From contig CAWDPO010000006.1 in the NCBI GenBank assembly GCA_963804165.1, positions 96,001 through 160,000 on the forward strand: a stretch of DNA of 64,000 nt, given 5' to 3'. Positions 19,771 through 30,375 of this stretch are shown here, piece by piece. How positions within the stretch are numbered: position 1 is the stretch's first letter; each line of letters starts with the position of its first letter. The position numbers were made by a program, and so were the translations under genes. The DNA is from an uncultured delta proteobacterium (lineage in GTDB: Bacteria; Desulfobacterota; Binatia; UBA9968). Under the pieces are notes generated by a model. It made no database searches. It had not been told where the DNA came from and was given only the letters and a program-made list of their open reading frames with translations.

Positions 19771-19980
19771 GCGGGAAACTTCTCGCCGCAATAGTGCACT
19801 CATCCGACTTTTCGTGATTCAAAAGTTTGCCCGGTTTGCGCAATTTCTCCCCGTTTGTCGGATAACATCGTGCCAGGTCTGTCTCGAGCAGAGTCGAAGG
19901 GACGCCAAGAAGGCATCGTCTTTTGACAATCACCGCAGCCGAGCATAAGAATCAAACCCATCAAACTACGGGAGACGCGA

Positions 19981-21035
19981 ATGCAAATCGGACTTTTCTC
20001 CAACGGTGAAAGACAAAATCAGATTGCCAAGACAACCTACGACGAAGATCTCGCCGAAGTGATCTTGGCCGATCAACTGGGCGTACAGGAAGCCTGGATC
20101 AGCGAGCACGGAACTTTCATCGGCTATCAAGCGCCGGATCAGCTTCCCAGCGCCGATCTTTTTATCTGCAAAGCGGCGGTGCTCACAAAGCAAATCCGCA
20201 TGGGCCCGGGCATCCGCCCGCTTCCCTACTTTCACCCGCTGCAAGTGGCCACCGATGCCGCCGTCTGCGACCACCTGACCAATGGCCGCTACATGGCCGG
20301 CTTCGGCGTCGGACTTCCCGGCAAGACGCCGTAGCGCGGCCCAATGCCCGGTGATAGACGCGCGATGACGCGGGAAGCGATCGATCTGATTCTTACGGCG
20401 TGGACCGCGCCGGAGCCCTTTGACTGGCACGGCGAGTTTTGGCAGGGCGAGAAACTGCTGATCATTCCGCAGCCGCTGACCAAGCCGCACATGGAGGTCG
20501 GCATCGCCTGCTCGCGCAGCGAAGGCACGCTCGAATTGACTGCGCAAAAAGGCTTCATCCCGCTCATGAGCTGGGCGCCGCAACCCAAACAGCTAAAGGA
20601 GATGATCGATATTTATCAGCGCGCCGGCGCTGAAGCCGGCAGCGCCGCGCCGCGCGGCCGGGTGCGCGTCGCGCGCATGATTTACGTCACCGACTCGGTC
20701 GAGCAGGCAAAGCGGGATCTCGGCGCAATCGACCTCGGCGCGGCAAAAGTGACGCGCCGACTCGATCAATATGTTCCCGCCGACGGCACACGCGACGATT
20801 TGACGATGAGATATATGATCGATCAAGGCGCGTTTTTCTGCGGTGATCCCGTACCGTCTATACTCGGATCAAAAATCTCTACGACGAGAGCGGCGGCTTC
20901 GGCGTATTGCTTTTACTCGCCGGCAAGGATTGGGGCACGCACGAACAGCGCGAGCGCTCGATGCGGCTCTTTATGGCCGAGGTCGCGCCGCGACTGGCAG
21001 GGCTGAATCCGGATGGCGCGCAATGCGCTACCTGA
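19981..21035 (+). pseudogene. LLM-class flavin-dependent oxidoreductase with internal TAG (20332) and frameshift (about 20851)
   Basis: ADQLGVQEAWISEH, HPLQVA..DHLTNGRY. ORF 20344 is in frame after the TAG. Restoring 1 nt after GDP gives DTVYTRIKNLYDESGGFG..SMRLFMAEVAPRL, ending at TGA 21035. Confidence 0.8.
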
Positions 21036-21121
21036 CGAGTCCCCGTAATATTTGGCGGGCATGAGCCTACGTTCGCCCCGAAGGATAAAAATGGCGAATC
21101 TCAGCGCATCGTGCCGGACCC

Positions 21122-21217
21122 TCCTTTCCCCTTGACGGGGAAAGGCCGGGATAGGGGTGCTCTAAACCGAAAAAACCCATCACCCCTACCTTACGCCTTC
21201 CCCGTCAAGGGGAAGGA
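21122..21217. repeat. REP-like doublet (CCCCTTGACGGGG / CCCCGTCAAGGGG)
   Basis: About 37-bp imperfect inverted arms (21122-21159 and 21181-21217), each self-palindromic. Confidence 0.75.
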
Positions 21218-21295
21218 AATTACGCAGATTGAGACCGAAGACAATGGGTCATAAAATATTCATTCCTTCGTGCTCTTTCCTCCGGGTGTGACGAT

Positions 21296-21991
21296 GTGAT
21301 GCCAAGGGAAATAAAAATACTCAGCGCCGGCGCGGTTGCGCCGGGACTGTCGAAAGTAATCGAGGCCTTTCGCACCGAAACCACCCACGCGGTGAAAATC
21401 TCGTTCGCCACCGCGCCGGCGATCCTCAAGCGCTTTGACGCTGGCGAATCGGCAGATATCGTGATTGCGCCGACGAGCCTGCTCGACGAGCTGACCAACA
21501 AGGGGAAAGCTTCGGCGGCGACCCGCGTCACCGTGGGCCGAATCGGCGTCGGGGTTATGGTGCGCGACGGCGCGACAGTGCCGAAGATCGGCACCGTCGA
21601 GGAGTTCACGCAATCCCTGCGCAGCGCCGAGTCTCTCGTTTACAATCAGGCGTCGACCGGAATCTATCTTGATGCGTTGTTCGAGCGGCTCGGCGTCGGC
21701 GCAGAGCTGAAAGCGAAATCGACACGCTATCCCGACTTTGCCTCCGTTCGCGACCATGTGGCAAATGGCAAGGGCCGAGAAATCGGCCTCGGCGCCACCA
21801 CCGTCATCGTTGAAAACGCGGGCAAAGGAGTGAAATTCGCCGGCCCCCTGCCCGCAGAGATTCAGAATTACACGGCTTACGCTGCGACCATCTTGTCGAC
21901 CGGCAGCGCTGAAGTATCCGCGCGAGAATTCCTGCGCTACCTCACGTCTCCGGCGGGGAATTCGTTACTGGCTGACGCCGGGATCGAATAG
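21296..21991 (+). CDS. ModA-like substrate-binding-domain protein without an evident signal peptide
   Basis: IKILSAGAV, GESADIVI, GVGVMVRDGA, STGIYL, GPLPAEIQNYTAY. Confidence 0.8.
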   Translation: MMPREIKILSAGAVAPGLSKVIEAFRTETTHAVKISFATAPAILKRFDAGESADIVIAPTSLLDELTNKGKASAATRVTVGRIGVGVMVRDGATVPKIGTVEEFTQSLRSAESLVYNQASTGIYLDALFERLGVGAELKAKSTRYPDFASVRDHVANGKGREIGLGATTVIVENAGKGVKFAGPLPAEIQNYTAYAATILSTGSAEVSAREFLRYLTSPAGNSLLADAGIE

Positions 21992-22151
21992 CGCGGTCAC
22001 AGATCCACGGGGTTCGGTTAATGTCTCTGCGTACATCGCGTCTCGGTAGAGTGAGTCTCGGAGTTTTTCCGCTGCTTGACAAATCACCGTGATTCGCCGG
22101 ATTATCATGACCGAACATTAAGTTTTGCGCTGAGGCGACACCAAAAGGAGA

Positions 22152-23294
22152 ATGAAAATGGCCGACACCATGATTTCCGCCGACGATCACATTGACTTAG
22201 GTTACTTGCCTAGAAACCTGTGGACCGAGCGATTGCCCAGTGCATTGAGCGAGCGCGCGCCGCACGTCGAAGACCGCGGCGAGAAGGGCGAGTACTGGGT
22301 ATGCGACGGCGAGACCTGGGCGGACTATCGTGGTGAGCGCTGGTTTGCGAGGACCAATCGAACCCGGCTGGCGCTCGATCGAGGCGGGGTCGGCGAGGCG
22401 CACCGGCCGACGACCCCGGCGAAACGGCTCATCGATATGGACCGCGACGGCGTCGCGGCGTCGCTCATGTTCCCACCGATCATTGCCATGCAAGTGGGCT
22501 CGCCCGAGCTGAGAAATGTCTGCGTGCAAGCCTATAACGACTGGGCCCTGGAATTCGGCAAGACCGCGCCGAAACGTTTTTTCCCGGTGGCGATGCTCTC
22601 CTCCGTCGACGCAGAGGCCGCTAGAGATGAAGTGATTCGGGTGGCGAAGTTGGGATTCCGCGAAGCGAATTTCCTGGTCAACGACGTCACGCTCGAAATG
22701 AACCTCAAGCCATGGGACGTGTTTTGGGACGCGGCCGAGGACGCCGGCATCGTCGTGTCGTATCACGTCGGCGGCAGCACCCAAACGGGAACAGTCAGGG
22801 CCACCATCGACGCGGTCAAGCCGGGAGAGCGCCAAGGCGTTTTCGATATGGGGCTCAGCAACGGCGCCACGTCATTTTTTAATCCGTTCGTGAACATGTT
22901 CAACTTCGGAACTTTGGAACGTCACCCGAAATTGAAATTCTGCCTGGCCGAGTCCGCCATCGGCTGGATCCCGTTCGTCGTGCAAGAGATGGATTACCGC
23001 TACAAGCGCCAGTTCGAGCGCAGAAAGTCCGCGGAAATTCCCCTGAAAGCGATGCCGAGCGAGATCTTCAAGCGCCAGGTCTGGGCGACGTTTCAAACAG
23101 ATTTAGTGGGACTACACCTGGTCCAATTTTTCGGCGAGGGCCATATCATGTGGGGTTCGGACTATCCGCACCCGGACAGTACCTGGCCATTTTCCCAGGA
23201 AATCATCGAGAAGGACTCGGCTCACCTCGATCCGCAGACGAAAAATAAAGTCTATCGCGAAAACGCCGCGGCGCTGTACGGACTTGAGAATTGA
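22152..23294 (+). CDS. Amidohydrolase family protein (Amidohydro_2)
   Basis: ISADDHID, DMDRDGV, AYNDW, SYHVGG, LAESAIGWIP, MWGSDYPHPD. Confidence 0.9.
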   Translation: MKMADTMISADDHIDLGYLPRNLWTERLPSALSERAPHVEDRGEKGEYWVCDGETWADYRGERWFARTNRTRLALDRGGVGEAHRPTTPAKRLIDMDRDGVAASLMFPPIIAMQVGSPELRNVCVQAYNDWALEFGKTAPKRFFPVAMLSSVDAEAARDEVIRVAKLGFREANFLVNDVTLEMNLKPWDVFWDAAEDAGIVVSYHVGGSTQTGTVRATIDAVKPGERQGVFDMGLSNGATSFFNPFVNMFNFGTLERHPKLKFCLAESAIGWIPFVVQEMDYRYKRQFERRKSAEIPLKAMPSEIFKRQVWATFQTDLVGLHLVQFFGEGHIMWGSDYPHPDSTWPFSQEIIEKDSAHLDPQTKNKVYRENAAALYGLEN

Positions 23295-23381
23295 ATCGTG
23301 CATCCACAAAAAGGTCGTGATTGGGTAGCCGCATCACTTGAGCCTGCGCTCCCCCCGGCCGACGCGGGGGTAAAAGTAGGG

Positions 23382-23417
23382 TTTGAACGATTGAAACGAT
23401 TGGAACGGTTGGAACTA
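23382..23417 (+). repeat. 9-nt-period GAAC tract upstream of a gene
   Basis: TTTGAACGA TTGAAACGA TTGGAACGG TTGGAACTA, preceded by a REP-like hairpin remnant. Confidence 0.7.
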
Positions 23418-23449
23418 TCTTTCACCTAAAAATTACGGGAGGGTTGCTA

Positions 23450-24517
23450 ATGAATAACGTTGAACCTAAAGGAGCCGTGCATTGGATCGATCACTATGTC
23501 GTCGGCACCAACAATTTGCCCGGCTGGAGTTACTGGGCGATGCATGCCACTGGGCTTCCGATAAGACCGATCAACGGGCTCACCACCAACATGCGCAAAA
23601 AGAATACGCCGATCTTTTGCTTTATGTGGTGGGACGATGAATCCTGCCGTATCGGCGCCTTCCTTCAGCCGGAAAACTACCCGGCGGCGAAAGAAATGGG
23701 CAAAGACATGCCGCGCTGCGGCTTTTATGTCAGACCCGAAGATATCGACCGTCACCTGCGGCGGCTCGATCAACATAAAATTCCACACACCGATCCGGTG
23801 AAGACCGCCGCCGACGGCGAAGAAGGCACGGTCGTCTGCTTCGCCGATCCGGACGGCAATCAATATGAATTTTGGGCGCCGGTCAATATGCCGGTAGGCG
23901 CGATGGAAGTGTGCACGTCGGAAAACGTCGGCCGCATCAGCCATTGCGTTTATGGTTCGCGAGACCTGGCGAGAACTGCGGCTTTCTTCGAAAAGTATTG
24001 CGGCATGGAGATCGAGCGCAAATCACAGACGGCCGAGGGGACTCTCGTCCTACGCATGCGGGCGGGCGCTCGGCTCGTGTACAAACTGGTTGATAAAGTC
24101 GATGAGCGCATCGCCGGCCATAGTCCGTGGTGGGACATGCACACCGCGTTCACGGTGCGTGACGAGGATTTTTTTCCCAACTACCAGCGCATGTGGGAGG
24201 GCCTTCCCGAAGAGGCGGGAGCGAAGGAGCATCTCAACGATTCCCGCGACAAGGAAGATAACTTTCCGGCGCGCACCGGTTTGCACCGCAGCCCGGTGGG
24301 CTACAAATGGAAAGAGATTCACCAACGAGGCGATGAGTTCTACGACTGGGATGGCCACGCCTTTCACTTTATCGGCGGCATACCGAAAAATGCCGACGGC
24401 TCCTTGGCGCTTTATACTCCCAAAGAACAGGATGAATACTTGCGCGAGCTCGCCGAGTCGTTAAACAAGACCGCCAAGCCGGATGATTGGATGACGGTTA
24501 CGAAACCGCTTCGATAG
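23450..24517 (+). CDS. Two-domain VOC (glyoxalase/dioxygenase-like) family protein, paralog 1
   Basis: WIDHYVV, FADPDGNQYEF, RISHCVYGSRDLARTAAFFEKYCG, FYDWDGHAFHF; GGGAGG RBS. Confidence 0.75.
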   Translation: MNNVEPKGAVHWIDHYVVGTNNLPGWSYWAMHATGLPIRPINGLTTNMRKKNTPIFCFMWWDDESCRIGAFLQPENYPAAKEMGKDMPRCGFYVRPEDIDRHLRRLDQHKIPHTDPVKTAADGEEGTVVCFADPDGNQYEFWAPVNMPVGAMEVCTSENVGRISHCVYGSRDLARTAAFFEKYCGMEIERKSQTAEGTLVLRMRAGARLVYKLVDKVDERIAGHSPWWDMHTAFTVRDEDFFPNYQRMWEGLPEEAGAKEHLNDSRDKEDNFPARTGLHRSPVGYKWKEIHQRGDEFYDWDGHAFHFIGGIPKNADGSLALYTPKEQDEYLRELAESLNKTAKPDDWMTVTKPLR

Positions 24518-24809
24518 ACGGTTGTTGGAGTTAGAAAAGAAATGTTCGTGCCCGGCGCGCCCGGGCGCGAACGGTGCCGCGCATCGGCATGAGATTTCGG
24601 CTCGCTGGTAAAGCTCAGCGAGCCGGAGGCGTTGGCATTCGTGTCCTTTACCCCGTCCTTGCTCTGTCTGATTCGGCAAAGTTATGGGACTCGCACCTCA
24701 GTGGAAGCCTCTAATCGGACGCTTCTCTTCAGCCCAGCTGTTGCCGCGCGCCAGTTACAACACCGCAATAAGACTAATGACGCCTTTTCCATAAGGACAG
24801 GAGACCGAC

Positions 24810-25613
24810 ATGGCTCTACGTATCAACGATTCGGAATTTTACGCGATCGACGCGCACTGTCATCTAGGACGCCGCAAGACACCGCTGGGACATGGCGTAG
24901 CGACCTTTCTTGGCGACGACCTGGTGCGGAATCTGGACGAAGCCGGCTTGGACTGCGCCGTGGCTTTTCCTTTGGGAGCGTCCTATACCGATTATTCCGA
25001 CGCGAACCAGATCATGGCCGAGGAGATGGCCAAGTACCCAAACCGGATCATCAGTTTTTGCCGCATCAATCCCAACTTCGGTCCGCAAGCGTCGGCGAAA
25101 TCTCTCGACCATTGTCTGGGGACACTGAAATTGAAAGGCATCAAGCTTCATCCGGAAATCGAATTCTTCGATCCCAACGAAGCCGAGCTGATGGAGCCGA
25201 TTTATGACGCGGCGCGGCGCTATCACGTCCCGATTATTTTTCACACAGGCATGTCCAGCAAAGCGTCGCCCGGAGTGATCGCCGAGCTTGCCGCGCGGTA
25301 CAAAGACGTGCCGGTCATTCTCGGCCACATGGGCGTGTCGGAGTACGTAAAACTTGCGGTGGCCGTCGCGCGTCAGAACGAGAACATATTCCTGGAAACG
25401 TCCGTGGTCGGTTGGATGCCGCTGCTACTCGAGGCCTTTCGCGGCGTCGGCACCAGCAAAATTCTCTTCGGCTCCGATCATCCCTATAATCCTCTGCCGA
25501 TGGAAGTCGAGAAGATTTCCAAACATGTGACCAAAGCGGCCAAGCTCAAGGCGGACGATTTGAAAAGAGTGTTCGCCGATAATTTTCTATCTATTATAAA
25601 ACACGAGAGATAA
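24810..25613 (+). CDS. Amidohydrolase family protein
   Basis: IDAHCHLG, KGIKLHP, IIFHTG, ILGHMG, LFGSDHPY. Confidence 0.9.
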   Translation: MALRINDSEFYAIDAHCHLGRRKTPLGHGVATFLGDDLVRNLDEAGLDCAVAFPLGASYTDYSDANQIMAEEMAKYPNRIISFCRINPNFGPQASAKSLDHCLGTLKLKGIKLHPEIEFFDPNEAELMEPIYDAARRYHVPIIFHTGMSSKASPGVIAELAARYKDVPVILGHMGVSEYVKLAVAVARQNENIFLETSVVGWMPLLLEAFRGVGTSKILFGSDHPYNPLPMEVEKISKHVTKAAKLKADDLKRVFADNFLSIIKHER

Positions 25614-25649
25614 TGCAATGCACTTACATCGTCCGCGCTTGGAGGCTGA

Positions 25650-26666
25650 ATGAAATCCCTTGTTAAATCGATTCGATCGACCGTACCGACGATCGCAAAC
25701 CTAGTCTCGCTCGCTTTCGCTCTCGTTCTGATCAGCGGTGTACCTGGCGTGCACGCGGGCGACGCTCCCTCGCTAAGAGCAAATTATGCGGCATTCAGCG
25801 GCGCCTTTGCCCCGCTCTGGATCGCGGCGGATAAAAACCTCTTCAGCAAATACGGTTTGAACGTCGACCTCCGCTACATCGCGCCCGCCACCGCCACTCA
25901 GGCGCTCATCGGCAAGAATCTCGACATCATCAATCCCGGCGGCGAGATCGTCGAAGCAGGATTGAATGGCGAACCGGTCGTCTACATCGCCGGCATCATG
26001 AATCGCGCCGTAATGTCGATCTATGCCAAGCCGGAAATCGGTTCGCTCGCTGATCTGAAGGGCAAGGTATTGGCTGTCACCGTGCCGGGCGCCACCACCG
26101 ATTTTGCTGCGCGCGTTCTGCTCCAACAGGTGCGCTTGACGCCGGGAAAAGACGTCAAATTAATCTACCTGAAAGGCATGGTGGAAATTCTTACCGGCAT
26201 CAACCAGGGCAACGCGGACGCCGGCATTTTCACTTCGCCGACGACTTTGAAGGCGCAGCATGCAGGCTTGAAGGAACTGGTGAACGTGACGGAGCAGAAT
26301 ATCCCGATGATTCACGCCGCGCTCGCCAGCACGAAGGAGTATGTCAAAACCAACCCCGACAACGTACGGCGGTTTCTGCAAGCTTATCTCGAAGGCATCA
26401 AGATCTCCCGCACGGATGGCGAATACGCCAAGCAGATCATCGGCAAATACACCAAAACCACCGATGTTAACGATCTGGAAAATTCCTATCAGACATTCCT
26501 ACCGGCGTGGGAAAGATTGCCGCTGGTGCCGGCCGCCGCCGTGCAAACGATGCTCAATTTCGCAACCCATCCGGGAGCAAAAGCAGCGAAGCCCGAAATT
26601 TTCATCGACAATTCCATCCTCGCCGAGATCGGCAAATCGGGATTTGTCGACAAGCTTTACAAGTAA
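25650..26666 (+). CDS. ABC transporter substrate-binding protein, NMT1/THI5-like
   Basis: Signal peptide; APLWIAADKNLFSKYGLNV, DLKGKVLA, DNSILAEIGKSGFVDKLY. Confidence 0.88.
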   Translation: MKSLVKSIRSTVPTIANLVSLAFALVLISGVPGVHAGDAPSLRANYAAFSGAFAPLWIAADKNLFSKYGLNVDLRYIAPATATQALIGKNLDIINPGGEIVEAGLNGEPVVYIAGIMNRAVMSIYAKPEIGSLADLKGKVLAVTVPGATTDFAARVLLQQVRLTPGKDVKLIYLKGMVEILTGINQGNADAGIFTSPTTLKAQHAGLKELVNVTEQNIPMIHAALASTKEYVKTNPDNVRRFLQAYLEGIKISRTDGEYAKQIIGKYTKTTDVNDLENSYQTFLPAWERLPLVPAAAVQTMLNFATHPGAKAAKPEIFIDNSILAEIGKSGFVDKLYK

Positions 26667-26799
26667 GCCCAAATCTCGATATGAGATTTACGAGTACGAA
26701 GCAGGCCGCGATTCAGCGCCAGTGAGGTGTGTAAAGCAGGAAAATTAACCCGAGACTCAAGACACGAGATCCGACACCGCGGTATTATCCCGCTCCCTT

Positions 26800-26873
26800 A
26801 TCCTCTCCCGCGACGCGGGGGAGGACAGAGGTGGGGGTTTGAACGACTTGAACAATTTGAGCGTCTTGAACGC
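26800..26873 (+). repeat. REP-like hairpin followed by a 9-nt-period GAAC tract
   Basis: TCCTCTCCCGCGACGCGGGGGAGGA, then TTTGAACGA CTTGAACAA TTTGAGCGT CTTGAACGC. Confidence 0.7.
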
Positions 26874-26897
26874 ATTTATATTCATAGAGGAGAAAAG

Positions 26898-27440
26898 ATG
26901 TCACGCTTGCCGGAAATAGATGCAACAAGACTTTCTCCCGAACAGCGGACGATTTACGACGATATCATGCGCGCGCGGGGTCATATGCGTGGTCCGTTCG
27001 CAGTATGGTTGCGAAATGCCGAGCTCTGCGAAAACACACTCAAGCTACAGGAGATGTTTGCTTCCCGAGTAAAACTCGAACGGCGCCTGCTCGAGCTGAT
27101 GATTCTCGTCGCCGCGCGCCAGGCCACCGCACAATATGCCTGGTTCATCCATGAGCCCCACGCGCTCAAGTTCGGTATTTCGCCCGAGATCGTCCAGGCG
27201 ATCCGCGAACGACGCACGCCGGAATTCACCCGCGACGATGAACGTCTGGTTTATGACATTACCACCGAGCTCGATACGACTCGCTCGCTTTCCGAGGCAA
27301 ACTACAAACGCGGGCTCGCGATGTTCGGCGAACAAGTGCTCGTCGAGCTGGTGAGCGCCATCGGCTTTTATTCGATGGTCGCAATGACGCTCAACGCGTT
27401 TGCCGTAGCGGTGCCCTGCGGTAAAGAAGTCCTGCCTTAA
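26898..27440 (+). CDS. Carboxymuconolactone decarboxylase/AhpD-family protein
   Basis: GAGGAG RBS; LSPEQRTIYD, GPFAVWL, ELMILVAAR..QYAWFIH, VELVSAIGFY. Confidence 0.85.
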   Translation: MSRLPEIDATRLSPEQRTIYDDIMRARGHMRGPFAVWLRNAELCENTLKLQEMFASRVKLERRLLELMILVAARQATAQYAWFIHEPHALKFGISPEIVQAIRERRTPEFTRDDERLVYDITTELDTTRSLSEANYKRGLAMFGEQVLVELVSAIGFYSMVAMTLNAFAVAVPCGKEVLP

Positions 27441-27818
27441 GATAGTCGGTCGGCTCCGGGTGCAGCCTCCTGCGGCCTGTCATAGACCTGGACTTCCCTG
27501 TTTGCGCTTCAACGTTGACATTAGCGGACGCGACCCTGCCGCTGCACCTCGCTGAAATCATTGAAGAATCCCGAGCCGCGAAAACCGGCAAAGGTATGGG
27601 CGCCCGTCAGTCGTATTACTTTCGAGGCCGTTTGGGAAGTTAGAATCCAATCATCGGGCAGAGCAGCGTCACAAAAACTTGAGTTTTCCGTCTAAGGTTT
27701 GAGAACAAGATTTTATGAACGGAAACGTAAACACACAAAACCGGTTCCTAGAGGGGAATTGCTTAGCTCATCGTCCAGTCAATTTGGAGGGAAATCCCCT
27801 AAAAAGCTCGGAGGCCCA

Positions 27819-30245
27819 ATGTTGTCCTTTCTAAGGAACTCTAAACTCGCTGCGAAATTCACTCTCGTGATTTTCAGCTTTTCCCTCGTCGGCGCGATGC
27901 CATCGCCTTTACCAGCCCAGGAGAACTATCCCTCAGTGGGCAGGTTGTCGTTTATTTCCGGACCGGTTACGTACAGCCGCGGCGACGATCCCGACCAGTG
28001 GGATGATGCAGTAGAAAATTTGCCGCTGTCGATCGGCGATCGGATTTATGCGCCCGAAGACGGACGAGCCGAAGTGCAGCTTTCTTCGGGAAATTTCGTC
28101 CGGCTCGCGCCGCGTAGTTATCTGTCCGCCTTGAACCTAAGTGACGACGTCAAGCAATTTTATCTCGGCGAAGGCGCCGCTTCGTTCAACATTCGAAGAT
28201 TGCCATCGGATGAACTCTTCGAGATCGACACTCCCAATGTGTCCGTGACTTTTGAAGAAGCCGGTCGATATCGCGTGGCTGTGGATGACGATGGGAACAC
28301 CCGCGTCATCGTGCGCCGTGGCAGAGCCACACTCGCGGCGAGCGGCCGTCAAATCGCTGTTGAGAACAGTGAAGTTCGCGTCTATGGCATCGACTCCCCG
28401 AGATATGAAATTGTTGGATTGCCGCCAGTGGACGCTTTCGATCGTTGGGTCTCCGAGCGAGAAGATCGATTCGAGCGCGCCTATAGCGATGCCTACCGGC
28501 ATGCGAGTGATGACATTCTGGGCGTGGAAGATCTCGCCGAGTATGGCCGCTGGGAGGAAATTCCTGATTATGGTTATGCTTGGACACCGACCCGCGTGGC
28601 TGCGGGCTGGCTACCGTTCAGCAGCGGCCGGTGGTATTGGCAGGATCCATGGGGATGGACATGGATCAGCAACGATCGCTGGGGTTGGGCTACCTCGCAC
28701 TACGGCCGCTGGATGCCATACCGGTCGCGTTGGTACTGGGTGCCGGTGCGGCCGAGAACGCGCGTGCGCTACGCGCCCGCCTGCGTGGAGTTTGTCCGGG
28801 TCAGAGACCATGTCGGCTGGTTTCCGCTGCATCCGCGGGATCGTCACTTTCCGTGGTGGGAGCGCCGCGATCGCCGCTTCGATCGCAACGCGACCTATGT
28901 GAACCACACTTACGTCACGGTCGTAAATCGGAATACGTTCGTTACGGCGCGGCCCGTGAACAAGTATATCGTCCGCGATTCCGTGATTATTCGCGATGCC
29001 CGTTCGGCACGCTTCACAGAAGACCTGCCGATCCCGAACCGCTCTTCGCTTCGGATTATATCCGAGAACGGCGGAGGCCGGCGGCATAAACCGGCCGCCA
29101 ACATTCTCAGCAGGACGGCGGTGGTACGGACTGCAGTTCCCAATCCACCGCGCGCATTTCAAGAGAAATTGCCGGAAATCCAGAAAAGTCAAGGCAGACC
29201 GATAGAGCCTGCGCGGATGCTTGCATCCGCGAACAGCGATCGCGGGATGGCCCGTGTGCGTGTGCGGCCCGCAGTCGAGGCACGTGGCGGCGACTTCGCC
29301 CCGCGGAATTCTGCCAGCGGAGGACCCGCTCTCCAACCGGTGACGCAAGCGCGCGGGAAAAAGTTGGCGACACGGGAAACCACCGGGAACGATGCCTCTG
29401 AGAAAGCCGTGAGCGCGCAGAAAGTTCCTGCGGTACAAGCGCCTCAAAGCGAGCCGGGCACGGGAACCGCCGGCCGTTCCGAGCTACGCCGAGAGGAGAA
29501 CCGCGACCGTCAGCAAAACAAGCAGGCTGCCGATCGAGCGCTCCAAACTCAGGAACTCGAGCGCCAGAAGCAAGCGCAGCAGAAGGATGAAGAGGGGAAA
29601 GCGCAACTCCAAAAGCAACAGCAGGAGAAGGAGCGGCAGCAGGCACAGGAACGTCAGTCACGGGAGCAAAAGCAAAAGGCGATCGAAGCGCGCCAGCCGC
29701 AGCAAAAGGCCGCGGAGCACAATGCGCAGGCGCAGAAGCAACAAGCCCAGGAACGCCAGGAACAGCGCTCACGCGAACAGCGACGCCTGGAGGAACTGGA
29801 ACAGGCTCAGCAGCGGGAAGAGCAGCGCAAACTCCAAGCTCAGCAGAATCGACAGGAGCAGGAGCGGCGCGAGCAGCTCAGGCAGCAGCAAGAACGCCAG
29901 GCCCAACAACAGAAGCAACAAGAGCTCAACCGCCGGGAGGAGGCTCAACAGCAACAGGAGCAGCAGCTAAGACAGCAACAGGCGGCGCAGGAGCGCCAGG
30001 CGCGTGAGCAACAGCGGCAGCAAGAGCTCGAGCGAAGGCAGCAGCAACAACAGCGCGAACAGGAGCGGAACATCCAGTTACAGCCACGCCAGGAGCAGGT
30101 CCGGGAACAGCAACTTCGGCAGCAACGAGCCCAAGCACAGCGTGAAGCGCAAGAGGCACAGCGGCAGCAGGAACAAGAACGCCGCTCTCAACCTCGCCAA
30201 CCCCAGCTGCCAGACCGGTTCCTGCAACAACCACAAAAACAGTAG
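27819..30245 (+). CDS. Exported FecR-domain/DUF6600-like protein with a long Q/E/R-rich C-terminal tail
   Basis: Signal peptide; GRLSFISG..N.PLSIGDRI; FEIDTPN; YGYAWTP..GWLPFSSGRWYWQDPWGWTW..WGWATSHYGRW; about 240-aa Gln-rich tail. Confidence 0.8.
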   Translation: MLSFLRNSKLAAKFTLVIFSFSLVGAMPSPLPAQENYPSVGRLSFISGPVTYSRGDDPDQWDDAVENLPLSIGDRIYAPEDGRAEVQLSSGNFVRLAPRSYLSALNLSDDVKQFYLGEGAASFNIRRLPSDELFEIDTPNVSVTFEEAGRYRVAVDDDGNTRVIVRRGRATLAASGRQIAVENSEVRVYGIDSPRYEIVGLPPVDAFDRWVSEREDRFERAYSDAYRHASDDILGVEDLAEYGRWEEIPDYGYAWTPTRVAAGWLPFSSGRWYWQDPWGWTWISNDRWGWATSHYGRWMPYRSRWYWVPVRPRTRVRYAPACVEFVRVRDHVGWFPLHPRDRHFPWWERRDRRFDRNATYVNHTYVTVVNRNTFVTARPVNKYIVRDSVIIRDARSARFTEDLPIPNRSSLRIISENGGGRRHKPAANILSRTAVVRTAVPNPPRAFQEKLPEIQKSQGRPIEPARMLASANSDRGMARVRVRPAVEARGGDFAPRNSASGGPALQPVTQARGKKLATRETTGNDASEKAVSAQKVPAVQAPQSEPGTGTAGRSELRREENRDRQQNKQAADRALQTQELERQKQAQQKDEEGKAQLQKQQQEKERQQAQERQSREQKQKAIEARQPQQKAAEHNAQAQKQQAQERQEQRSREQRRLEELEQAQQREEQRKLQAQQNRQEQERREQLRQQQERQAQQQKQQELNRREEAQQQQEQQLRQQQAAQERQAREQQRQQELERRQQQQQREQERNIQLQPRQEQVREQQLRQQRAQAQREAQEAQRQQEQERRSQPRQPQLPDRFLQQPQKQ

Positions 30246-30375
30246 AGTTTCGATTCTCTACCTTCCAACGCAAGCGCAAGGGCTTCGTCGATTCGCGCCT
30301 TGAATCGTTTGCATTTGCCGCGTATCGCCCAATATGATCAGATGGCTTGCCAGCGTCGAAAGGAAGGGACTCTAC

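Noticed and set aside
20332-20334. In-frame TAG in the LLM gene as pyrrolysine or programmed readthrough
   Set aside because: The same gene also has a frameshift, no pyl genes are in the window, and a CAG>TAG change or sequencing error is simpler.
26727-26897. N-terminal extension of the CMD-family ORF (..FERLEQFERLER..)
   Set aside because: It is a translation of the REP hairpin and 9-nt tract; a strong RBS precedes ATG 26898.
27715-27815. Possible riboswitch upstream of the FecR-domain gene
   Set aside because: Some pairing is possible (AGGGG/CCCCT, TCCA/TGGA), but I could not match any riboswitch consensus; an Rfam scan would be needed.
29500-30240. CAG-rich region as a non-coding repeat array
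   Set aside because: It is the in-frame Gln-rich tail of the 27819..30245 protein.
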